DNA from: a virus | IMG/VR virus record: IMGVR_UViG_3300042908_001045 | Coordinates: 1-64,000 of that record | Direction: 5' to 3' (one strand) | Length of the DNA: 64,000 nt | Part shown: positions 1-7,534 of the stretch, piece by piece | How the letters are laid out: every line of letters starts with the position of its first letter | Numbering within the stretch: position 1 is the stretch's first letter | The notes under the pieces: generated by a model | What the model saw: only the letters and a program-made list of their open reading frames with translations | Databases searched by the model: none | What the model was told of the DNA's origin: nothing | Made by a program: the position numbers and the translations under genes

Positions 1-17
1 CTCTCAACTACTCCTTT

Positions 18-53
18 ATCATAAACTACTTTTATTTTACCGTCAAGTAGTTT
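18..53 (-). promoter_or_regulatory. sigma70-type early promoter (TTGACG-17-TATGAT) with AAACTAC/GTAGTTT inverted repeat; drives a gene left of the window
   Basis: Minus strand TTGACG 46-41, TATGAT 23-18, AGGAG RBS at 15-11. Confidence 0.7.
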
Positions 54-148
54 AGAGAAAAAAGTTTTGGATACAAAAGTGCTTTACAGCTAATCCAAAT
101 TACAACTTTTAACTCTTAAACTTCTTGAAAAATCAACAAAAGAGTGCT

Positions 149-499
149 TTATAGCAAAACTCTCCACTCTCTACACCAGTTTTCAAACTCTGGTGATTGC
201 ATATTCACATTGTGCGGCAACACATATCTTGCCTCTATCTCGGTTTTGTACAAGTGTCTCCCATTAACAGCTTTAGCAGCTGCTAATCCAGCTCTCGTGG
301 CTGGAAAATATCTATTCTGTTCTTCTAGCTCGTCATCTCCTAAAACAACGACAGAAACACAGTAGCACGCTATTAGTCTGTCTTTGAAGACAGACAATCT
401 ATTCGCATGCCACTGTACTGGACGTTCTAATGCTTTTGTCATACTTCTCCTGTGGGTGTAAACAGCTTCCCACGACTGCCTTTCGGCAGTTTCGTCCAT
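149..499 (-). CDS. hypothetical protein
   Basis: 116-aa ORF, co-oriented downstream of 527..1690. Confidence 0.55.
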   Translation of the reverse strand: MDETAERQSWEAVYTHRRSMTKALERPVQWHANRLSVFKDRLIACYCVSVVVLGDDELEEQNRYFPATRAGLAAAKAVNGRHLYKTEIEARYVLPHNVNMQSPEFENWCREWRVLL

Positions 500-526
500 T
501 GCTAATGGACTCGTCAGGTGGGTGGA

Positions 527-1690
527 TTATTTTGCTGCCCATTTTTCAAAGCTCTTAACAGGCAACGAGCGTTTTTGCCTGTCAAGCACGTATGCCTCAT
601 AGGCGTTTAGAATACTCGTTTTAGCAGCCATCTTAGCCTCTTTCTCGCCAAGTCTTAGTTCAATCTGTGCTAAAACAGCAGCTTCATCACTGCCTAGCTC
701 TTTGGATTTATAGCGATCAACGGCATTCAGTCCGTTCCGGCGATCGTCCATTGATTCCACTACTTGCCCTATCTCTGGATTCCAAAAATAAGAAATAATA
801 TAATCTTCTCCTACCCAAAAACGCTGCTTACTAGCGTTTCTTTTTATTTTCTCAAACCAGTCGGGTACTGGTACTGCTGCTGCTTTTTTGACAGCTTCAG
901 CTTTCCTTTGTAAATCATACTGTTCATTGAGCATTCTTTGATGCTCAATTGACTTGATAAATTCATCCCATGTCATATTCTCCCGTTGGAGAAATTCATA
1001 CATCCATTTTTGGATATACTTTAATACTTGCTCTTCACTCCAAACGTGAGTAAAGTCTCCGCCTGCCCAGACGGTAGTGCCGTCTGCATGACGGTATTCA
1101 TAACGAATGTCGTAATCGTTATGAATATAAGTGTTATCACGCATACCATCTCCCTCCATTAAAGATGGTATGGAGACTTCTTTAATTCTCCCTGTTGGAG
1201 AGAATCTTTCTCCCCAGTATTTTTTGGGAAGATTATGTGTTACCGAACCAACTGCCTCCTCTAGTGAGGAAGCAGCAATAATAGCTGCTTTGTGTCCTGG
1301 ACACGCGTACTTATCCCAGTCGGATAAGCACGCAAAGTTTTTCTCTACTTCTTTCAGAGGATTTTCTTTATCTTCATCTTCCCAGCTAATCAACTGGGAA
1401 ATTCTATCAGCATCAGTATCTATGCTGCCATAAATACTGATTTCAATTTGTTCCCAGTTTATATCTTCTGGGTTTTGGGATACTAGCAATACCCCATTTA
1501 CTAGCTTCCCATTCAAATGGAAAGCTAGTTGTTTTTGGATGTCTATGTGTAACTCATTACATTTTATCTTGAACATGTTTGCCTCCAATAACTTTTCAGC
1601 GTCCAGTAGCTGGATAATGTACTTCCGGCATCCAGCTTTCACTAGGGTGGTGAATTTTGCTATTTGTCTCTGAATTGCCGTTGTATTCAT
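527..1690 (-). CDS. hypothetical early phage protein
   Basis: 387-aa ORF with AGGAG RBS and upstream consensus promoter; no recognisable motif. Confidence 0.7.
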   Translation of the reverse strand: MNTTAIQRQIAKFTTLVKAGCRKYIIQLLDAEKLLEANMFKIKCNELHIDIQKQLAFHLNGKLVNGVLLVSQNPEDINWEQIEISIYGSIDTDADRISQLISWEDEDKENPLKEVEKNFACLSDWDKYACPGHKAAIIAASSLEEAVGSVTHNLPKKYWGERFSPTGRIKEVSIPSLMEGDGMRDNTYIHNDYDIRYEYRHADGTTVWAGGDFTHVWSEEQVLKYIQKWMYEFLQRENMTWDEFIKSIEHQRMLNEQYDLQRKAEAVKKAAAVPVPDWFEKIKRNASKQRFWVGEDYIISYFWNPEIGQVVESMDDRRNGLNAVDRYKSKELGSDEAAVLAQIELRLGEKEAKMAAKTSILNAYEAYVLDRQKRSLPVKSFEKWAAK

Positions 1691-1719
1691 CTTCCTACTC
1701 CTGAATCGTTTACTCTTTT

Positions 1720-1755
1720 AATATAAACCACTTTATTTTACCTGTCAAGTGGTTT
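1720..1755 (-). promoter_or_regulatory. sigma70-type early promoter (TTGACA-17-TATATT) with AAACCAC/GTGGTTT inverted repeat
   Basis: tgtcaa 1743-1748, aatata 1720-1725. Confidence 0.75.
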
Positions 1756-1763
1756 GGAAAAAT

Positions 1764-2360
1764 CTAATCTCTATCGTCCCAATAGCTCACTCTTGTCTCT
1801 TTTTTGGGTTTTATCCACTCCATTGACTGGATTTCTTCTAACTCTAAAAACTGATTACGCCACTTTGTTAACTCTCTCTCATCCACCATCTCCGCATCAG
1901 CAGAGTTGATTGACATTATCATCTCTCTCACTGTCATGTACTCACAGACAACAATCTCTACACTTTTGTCATACTTCACTATCCCTATGTCCGGTCCGTC
2001 TCTTAACACCATCCTGATTTTGAGTTTGTATGCTAATACTTCACTCAAAAACTCCCTGGCACCAAACCGGAAATTCACATACGCCGCTAAAGCAATGATT
2101 TGCCCCCTATTCGGGGAGAGTTCTCCCGCCACAACAGGCAGTTCTTCAGCTTCCTCTACTGTGTCTAGAACGTATTCTAGAGATGGTACATAACATTCCT
2201 CTACTTGCTCAAAACTGAGGCGCTTACCGTCGTAAGTCATTCTTACCGCATATTGCTTCATCGCTATGACTGCGCATAGCTTGTAGAATGGAGTGTTCTC
2301 CCCACTAAGGGAGAATTTTTTAACCAGCTGTTGAGATTGCTTGTAACTTAATGTCTTCAT
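1764..2360 (-). CDS. hypothetical protein
   Basis: 198-aa ORF, GGAGAGG RBS, upstream promoter. Confidence 0.7.
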   Translation of the reverse strand: MKTLSYKQSQQLVKKFSLSGENTPFYKLCAVIAMKQYAVRMTYDGKRLSFEQVEECYVPSLEYVLDTVEEAEELPVVAGELSPNRGQIIALAAYVNFRFGAREFLSEVLAYKLKIRMVLRDGPDIGIVKYDKSVEIVVCEYMTVREMIMSINSADAEMVDERELTKWRNQFLELEEIQSMEWIKPKKETRVSYWDDRD

Positions 2361-2388
2361 TGTTCCTCTCCTAAAATATTTCTCTCTT

Positions 2389-2425
2389 AAAATAAACTAC
2401 TTTTTATTATAATGTCAAGTACTTT
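2389..2425 (-). promoter_or_regulatory. early promoter, same family
   Basis: TTGACA 2418-2413; GTAGTT-TATTTT at -10. Confidence 0.6.
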
Positions 2426-2433
2426 AGAAACTT

Positions 2434-2463
2434 TTTACACCAAAAACTAATATTTGTTATAAT
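2434..2463 (+). promoter_or_regulatory. promoter TTTACA-18-TATAAT with extended -10 (TGnTATAAT)
   Basis: Direct motif match; no + strand ORF follows, only a structured non-coding stretch. Confidence 0.6.
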
Positions 2464-2469
2464 ATGTAT

Positions 2470-2560
2470 ACCCTGCTGCTTGCGAAGTCTCAGGTTTCAC
2501 CTAAGATACGCCTAAACGCAATCTGTTGATATGCTACAGGCATAGCAAGAGCGGGGTTTT
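2470..2560 (+). ncRNA. candidate ~90-nt structured small RNA
   Basis: 5' ACCCUGCU-G-CUUGC pairs with 3' GCAAG-AGCGGGGU, followed by a U tract; internal hairpins; dedicated promoter; GC-rich in AT-rich context. Confidence 0.5.
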
Positions 2561-2810
2561 AATTAGACAGTAACATTCGGTATTGCAATTCTCTGTTAAG
2601 CCAAAAGCTAGATGTACTACCAAGCACTTGTTCTAGTCTAGCCGCCACATCTTTATCGATTAACGCTTCACCACCAATTAATTGATTTGTATATTCAATT
2701 GTGTAATTTAACTGCTGTGACAACTGCTCTATTGTCCAGCCGCGCTCTTCTGCTATATCTAATATTGTGTCCCCTGGGGGAGAAATCCAGCCATTAATAG
2801 CCATTTGCAT
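2559..2810 (-). CDS. HigA-like XRE helix-turn-helix (antitoxin-type) protein
   Basis: SPPGDTI..EERGWT..L...L...ALID..VA.RLE.VLG....FWLNRE..Y pattern. Confidence 0.75.
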   Translation of the reverse strand: MQMAINGWISPPGDTILDIAEERGWTIEQLSQQLNYTIEYTNQLIGGEALIDKDVAARLEQVLGSTSSFWLNRELQYRMLLSN

Positions 2811-2891
2811 AATTAATTACTTGTGTAAGCAAAACTCTCCTAAGAAAGTTTTGCTATAATAGTAAAATCCACCCTTTTTGGAGTTACTATC

Positions 2892-3653
2892 ATGAAATCT
2901 ATTATAGCACAGATTGATCTTGGTTTTGCAACAATTGAAGGATTAATGTTGCCAGACGGAACTTATGCTGTTTCTGTCCCTCAGATTGCTAAATTGTTTT
3001 CATTGGGATCTTCGCATGCTGCTAGAGACATCAAAACTTTAGTCAAAAAAAGTACTTTAGTTAATCTTTCTAACCAAGAGCAAGAAAATCAAATTGATTT
3101 TGATTGCAGTAACTTTATTTCTCAAACCCAAATAGAAGGGCAAAGACATAAAATTAATGTAATTTACTTGGAATATTTTCCGTTGGTTATACATGAATTG
3201 CATAAAAAAGGTAATAAATTAGCACGTGCTTTTGCAGACGCATTATTTCTAGAAGGACTGGAAAGACGATTTGACGAAGTGTTTAAAGTCAAGAAAACAG
3301 AAGAAGTAAGAAATTTAATGGCTCAAAACAGAATACAGCATTATTTAGAAGAAGCAGAAAAAGAAGAAATGTGCAAAAAAGGGTTTGTATATCTTATTAA
3401 ATGTGGAGAATTTTACAAGATTGGAAAAACAACAAATCTAGAAAAAAGAATTAAACAGCTTACAACTGGCAACCCTTATCCTTTGGTATTGGTAAATAGT
3501 ATATATAGCTTAGATATTGACTCTCTTGAAAAGTCTTTTCATAGTTATTACAGGCAAAAAAGAATAATAGGAGAGTGGTTTAAACTAAACTTTGAAGAAG
3601 TATTAGAATTTACTAATGTAGCATCTATGGCTGAAATGTCTTTCTGTAAATAA
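2892..3653 (+). CDS. GIY-YIG/T5orf172-domain protein with N-terminal phage DNA-binding-like domain
   Basis: GFVYLIKCGEFYKIGKTTNLEKRIKQLTTGNPYPL...GEWF. Confidence 0.8.
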   Translation: MKSIIAQIDLGFATIEGLMLPDGTYAVSVPQIAKLFSLGSSHAARDIKTLVKKSTLVNLSNQEQENQIDFDCSNFISQTQIEGQRHKINVIYLEYFPLVIHELHKKGNKLARAFADALFLEGLERRFDEVFKVKKTEEVRNLMAQNRIQHYLEEAEKEEMCKKGFVYLIKCGEFYKIGKTTNLEKRIKQLTTGNPYPLVLVNSIYSLDIDSLEKSFHSYYRQKRIIGEWFKLNFEEVLEFTNVASMAEMSFCK

Positions 3654-3656
3654 TCA

Positions 3657-3682
3657 AAAGCCTAGGACGTATCCTAGGCTTT
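3657..3682. terminator. bidirectional intrinsic terminator
   Basis: AAAGCCTAGGA-cgta-TCCTAGGCTTT between convergent genes. Confidence 0.8.
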
Positions 3683-3687
3683 GTTCG

Positions 3688-4209
3688 TTAACCGTTAACT
3701 ATCTTTTCCCATTTCTTTAAGTCATCAAAATGAATTTCATCAAACGCCTGGTATTTGTCTTCATAAACATAGTATTTCCAGTCATTCAGAGTCTTAGTTG
3801 TTTCTTCTGAGTTGTTTTTAATTGCCAAGACATACACTTTATCTGGCAAGACTTTATGGAACAAAAAGTCTTGTATGTAGACTCCAGGATGCCAATGTTT
3901 AACAGCATTTCTGACATCTTCTGATAATGTTTTGGAACAAGATTCAATAACAATTGATCTGTTTGTGTGACAGATTAACCAATTGTTTTTGTCGTCTGGA
4001 TTAATGTTAAAGATGTTCTCAGCCACATCGGATTGGCTAACACCATTAAAATATAAGTCAACTTTCTGTTCTTTCTTAAAAATCACTTGCAAAGGTTTTT
4101 CGCCTTTTGCTTTGTGCTCCCAAACCTGATAGTCACCGCAATTGATTTTACGGCACTCGTAATGGGTTAATGTTTTCACTGTTCCAGCGCTGTTGATATA
4201 TACAAACAT
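3688..4209 (-). CDS. hypothetical protein
   Basis: 173-aa ORF, AGGAGG RBS, TTGACA/TATAAT promoter at ~4237-4264. Confidence 0.7.
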   Translation of the reverse strand: MFVYINSAGTVKTLTHYECRKINCGDYQVWEHKAKGEKPLQVIFKKEQKVDLYFNGVSQSDVAENIFNINPDDKNNWLICHTNRSIVIESCSKTLSEDVRNAVKHWHPGVYIQDFLFHKVLPDKVYVLAIKNNSEETTKTLNDWKYYVYEDKYQAFDEIHFDDLKKWEKIVNG

Positions 4210-4276
4210 TGTGTTACCTCCTAAATATTACTTAAATTATAATATTAAAAAGAAAAACTGTCAATAGATTTATGAT

Positions 4277-4303
4277 AAAAACCTCCTAAAAAAGGAGGTT
4301 TTT
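4277..4303 (-). terminator. intrinsic terminator
   Basis: AAAAACCTCCT-aaaaa-AGGAGGTTTTT just after the pentapeptide gene stop. Confidence 0.7.
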
Positions 4304-4305
4304 AC

Positions 4306-4731
4306 TTAGTTCCAAAATCTTGTTTTATTAAAACTTGCATTATCCAAATTAGTTTTTTGGATAGTGCAACGTCTTAAATCTGCTTTTTTAAGATTAGCGT
4401 TCTTGAATATTGTCCCATTTAAATCAGAGTAAGACAAAACTGCTTCCTCTAAATTAGCGTCTGTGAAATTAGCATTTTTTAAATCAGCGCCTTTTAATAT
4501 AGCGCCATTTAATTTAGCATTTACTAAAATGGCGTTACTTAAAACAGCTCCCGTTAAATTAGCTTTTGTTAAATCAGCGTTTGTCAAATCAGCGCTTGTT
4601 AAATTAGCACCTATCAAATTAGTATTTGATAGGTCGTGTCCTTTTAAGTCAGCGTAACTTAAATCGGTATATTCAAGACTTTCCATATTTTTTTCAGTTA
4701 AAAGTACTTTGTTTATTTTATCAACAAACAT
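4306..4731 (-). CDS. pentapeptide repeat protein
   Basis: Tandem A(D/N)LXX repeats. Confidence 0.9.
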   Translation of the reverse strand: MFVDKINKVLLTEKNMESLEYTDLSYADLKGHDLSNTNLIGANLTSADLTNADLTKANLTGAVLSNAILVNAKLNGAILKGADLKNANFTDANLEEAVLSYSDLNGTIFKNANLKKADLRRCTIQKTNLDNASFNKTRFWN

Positions 4732-4806
4732 CGATAATTTTATGTTAAATAATTGTAAATTACTTTAGTTTTTGTTAATATTTTAATTAATTTTGAGGCA
4801 ACAAAT

Positions 4807-5082
4807 ATGTTTATTCAACAAGGCAACAAACTGCGTGACTTAGGACTTGAACAAAGAAGTCAAGGTAATCCAGAATTTATGGATCAATACAATGCAGCAT
4901 TGTCTTCCTATGATTCTGCTATACAAGAGTCAGAATCATGGGAAGCGTATTACAACAAGGCAGTAGCTTTATTTGATGTTAAAGACCTGTCTGGTGCCAT
5001 AGAATGCGCCAATAAAGCTTTTGTCTTAAATCCCAAACATAAGCCTATTTCAGTTCTTAGGGATTATTTACTATCCCTTTAG
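4807..5082 (+). CDS. small TPR protein
   Basis: WEAYYNKAVALFDVKDLSGAIECANKAFVLNP. Confidence 0.8.
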   Translation: MFIQQGNKLRDLGLEQRSQGNPEFMDQYNAALSSYDSAIQESESWEAYYNKAVALFDVKDLSGAIECANKAFVLNPKHKPISVLRDYLLSL

Positions 5083-5434
5083 TCCTGGGTCTACCTTTGG
5101 CTTTTGCTCTTATATTTCGCGTAAAAAACTCAACGCGATACTGAGCGTAAAAATCTAGCAAAGTTTTAATTGTCAGTGGGTCTCCTACTGACAAATATTT
5201 TTTTATGTTCCGATTATCGATTTTTTTCTCTGAGGTCCATCTTGGTCTAATCGATGTTCCAGATTTCAAAAACCTCATTCTAAAATTAAAATCTTCCCCA
5301 ACAACGAGAAACGATTTGTTAGATAGAGCCTTGTTTAAAGCTCTATTAAATACTATTTTATTAGTAGCGTCTACTCGTTCATTTTCGTTAACAACCAACG
5401 TTCTGGTTTTTAATTCTACATATGGAAATTCCAT
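5057..5434 (-). CDS. hypothetical basic protein
   Basis: 125-aa ORF with promoter TTGACC-17-TATAAT at 5499-5471. Confidence 0.6.
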   Translation of the reverse strand: MEFPYVELKTRTLVVNENERVDATNKIVFNRALNKALSNKSFLVVGEDFNFRMRFLKSGTSIRPRWTSEKKIDNRNIKKYLSVGDPLTIKTLLDFYAQYRVEFFTRNIRAKAKGRPRTKGIVNNP

Positions 5435-5470
5435 AGCAACACCTTTTAGCCTAAATGTTTACACCAAATT

Positions 5471-5533
5471 ATTATAAACTACTTTGTTTTTGTGGTCAAT
5501 AGATTTGACAATTTAATGTTAAATTCATATATT
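5471..5533. promoter_or_regulatory. divergent sigma70 promoter pair
   Basis: Minus TTGACC/TATAAT (5499-5471); plus TTGACA/TATATT (5505-5533); both with 17-bp spacers. Confidence 0.7.
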
Positions 5534-5550
5534 AAAAGTAGTTATATACC

Positions 5551-5988
5551 ATGAATAAAATGGATAAATTCAGTACTAAAAAAGGTATATTATGGGCTGA
5601 GGTTGCCCAAGAGTTTCCGGCTCCTCTTGTTTTTGATCGTAGTAATCCAAGTCATATAACGCTAGAATACAGTGCTGAATATGATAAATCTAGGAAATAT
5701 TTGGGGCGAGAATATTTTGTTGATTTAAAGACTAAACTTTGGAATCACAAGATTGAGATAGTCTTGGTTGATTTGCCATCTAAAATGCCGTTTAAAGAGA
5801 AACAACCATTCATATTACTGTCTTGGCGAGAAGGGACTAAGCCAACTGTAAAGGATGGAATAGACTTAATTAATTCATGGAAAAACAAAGAACCAGTTTT
5901 TTGCCAAGATGTTAGTCATTTTGGTAAAATAAGAACAGTAATCGCTTTTTATAAATGGAGTCAACAATGGGACAGCACACAGGATTAG
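5551..5988 (+). CDS. hypothetical protein
   Basis: 145-aa ORF downstream of a promoter. Confidence 0.6.
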   Translation: MNKMDKFSTKKGILWAEVAQEFPAPLVFDRSNPSHITLEYSAEYDKSRKYLGREYFVDLKTKLWNHKIEIVLVDLPSKMPFKEKQPFILLSWREGTKPTVKDGIDLINSWKNKEPVFCQDVSHFGKIRTVIAFYKWSQQWDSTQD

Positions 5989-6263
5989 GACTAGCACTTG
6001 CAATAGCCGTGTTTGCAAGTAATTCTATTTCATCGCAAACACAAGCACAAAGTAATGAATCATTGTTAATTCATAAATATAGTGAATTAATAGATAAAAA
6101 TCCACGAGACATAAACAGCTTATTAACCCGTGGTCTGCTATACCGAAAATTATATTTTTATGATGAGGCAATAGCTGACTTTAAAGCTGTGTTAAGAATT
6201 AACCCTAAGAATATCGAAGCAAAGAGAGAGCTAGATATCACTTACAAAGCTAAAAGAGGTTGA
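5955..6263 (+). CDS. TPR protein with N-terminal signal/TM segment
   Basis: GLGLALAIAVFAS then LLTRGLLYRKLYFYDEAIADFKAVLRINP. Confidence 0.75.
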   Translation: MESTMGQHTGLGLALAIAVFASNSISSQTQAQSNESLLIHKYSELIDKNPRDINSLLTRGLLYRKLYFYDEAIADFKAVLRINPKNIEAKRELDITYKAKRG

Positions 6264-6901
6264 TTGATTTTACTAAGAGCCATTACGTATTCATTTACGT
6301 AATGGTTTTTGATTTTAGACCTTAACCCAAAAACAGAAAATTTATTGATGACTCCAATTGGATAAGCTGGGCAAACATGATGATAATCTCCTTGCCACCA
6401 TCTTGGCAGGCTTGGGACAATATCACTTGAATTAACTATTCTATACGTTGGTATTTCTAAGTCAGAGTATAACTGGGCAAAACATTTGTTTCCTGGTTTG
6501 GGAGATCCAAAAGTAACACAAGTAAGATTAGTGTTGTAGTAAAAAATTTTAATACTAAGAGCAGCTAATGTCGCTATAGCGCCTCCTAAGCTATGCCCTG
6601 TTAAAAATATTGGACGTGGGTCATCTTTTATTAATTTAAATATTTGGTGTTTAACGGATAAAAAACATTCTAAAAATCCAGAATGAACTTTAGCATTCCC
6701 AGCTAATGGAAATGGTTCTAGTTTTAAATCAATGTTTTGTCTCCAGTCTGTGATTGATTCACTGCCAGTAAACGCTATAATAATTTTGTCAGGTTGCTCA
6801 TTTATTAGAACTTCGGTATCTGTTGAAGTTCCAATAATAGTTTTAGTCTCATAAGCTCTTGCACAATGCTGACACAGATCTAAAATATCACGGTAATTCA
6901 T
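6242..6901 (-). CDS. class 3 lipase (alpha/beta hydrolase)
   Basis: VHSGF, TGHSLGGAIATL, TFGSPKPGN, DIVPSLP motifs. Confidence 0.9.
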   Translation of the reverse strand: MNYRDILDLCQHCARAYETKTIIGTSTDTEVLINEQPDKIIIAFTGSESITDWRQNIDLKLEPFPLAGNAKVHSGFLECFLSVKHQIFKLIKDDPRPIFLTGHSLGGAIATLAALSIKIFYYNTNLTCVTFGSPKPGNKCFAQLYSDLEIPTYRIVNSSDIVPSLPRWWQGDYHHVCPAYPIGVINKFSVFGLRSKIKNHYVNEYVMALSKINQPLLAL

Positions 6902-6910
6902 ATCATAATT

Positions 6911-7534
6911 ATGTTCTCTAATGTTAAAATAGTTGCCTCTTTGGTTAATCCTATTGCATTAAACGATAACTGGACCCCTAGCTTTGATGGGATTTTGTCA
7001 TATCAAATTTTGTTTAACGCTAGAATGCTTAAACAAAATCCTAGCATCGACCAAGTAAAGTCGGGATTAGCAATAGTAAAAGAGAATATCCCATTAGAAA
7101 TTGGGTATTTATCCAACGAAAAAACAAGTTGGTATTATAAAGCTAGTAGTCCGCACTATGTATTAAACAAAAAGCACAATCTTGGTACTGGAGCTACAAA
7201 ACCATGGAGAGTAACTTCTGAACTTACATGGTACTGTCGTGCTGATTTAGAAAAAATAGAAGAACTACTAGAGGCTATTCAATCGATAGGCAAATACAGA
7301 ACGCTATCTTATTCTGGTGTTAAAAGCTGGTTAGTACAAGAATTAGTAGAAGATTGTCATGTTTGGAAAGACAATAGACTTAGTCGTCCGGTCCCTTGTA
7401 TTTATTTGCAAGATGACAAGCGTGTACTCATGTGTGATTACAGGATAAAAGAGTGGGGATGGAGATGTCCCCCGTATTTGCCAGATAATCAAGCACAATG
7501 TTATATGCCTTTACACAATATTTCCAATGAGTAA
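6911..7534 (+). CDS. csf3: Csf3 (Cas5, type IV-B)-like RAMP paralog, degenerate
   Basis: Colinear similarity to 13496..14194 (PIA..D...PS.DG.L.Y; WY...SSPHY; L.RP.P; CY.P.HN). Confidence 0.75.
   Translation: MFSNVKIVASLVNPIALNDNWTPSFDGILSYQILFNARMLKQNPSIDQVKSGLAIVKENIPLEIGYLSNEKTSWYYKASSPHYVLNKKHNLGTGATKPWRVTSELTWYCRADLEKIEELLEAIQSIGKYRTLSYSGVKSWLVQELVEDCHVWKDNRLSRPVPCIYLQDDKRVLMCDYRIKEWGWRCPPYLPDNQAQCYMPLHNISNE

Noticed and set aside
2470-2560. tRNA
   Set aside because: No TTCRA T-loop, D-loop GG or 7-bp acceptor geometry
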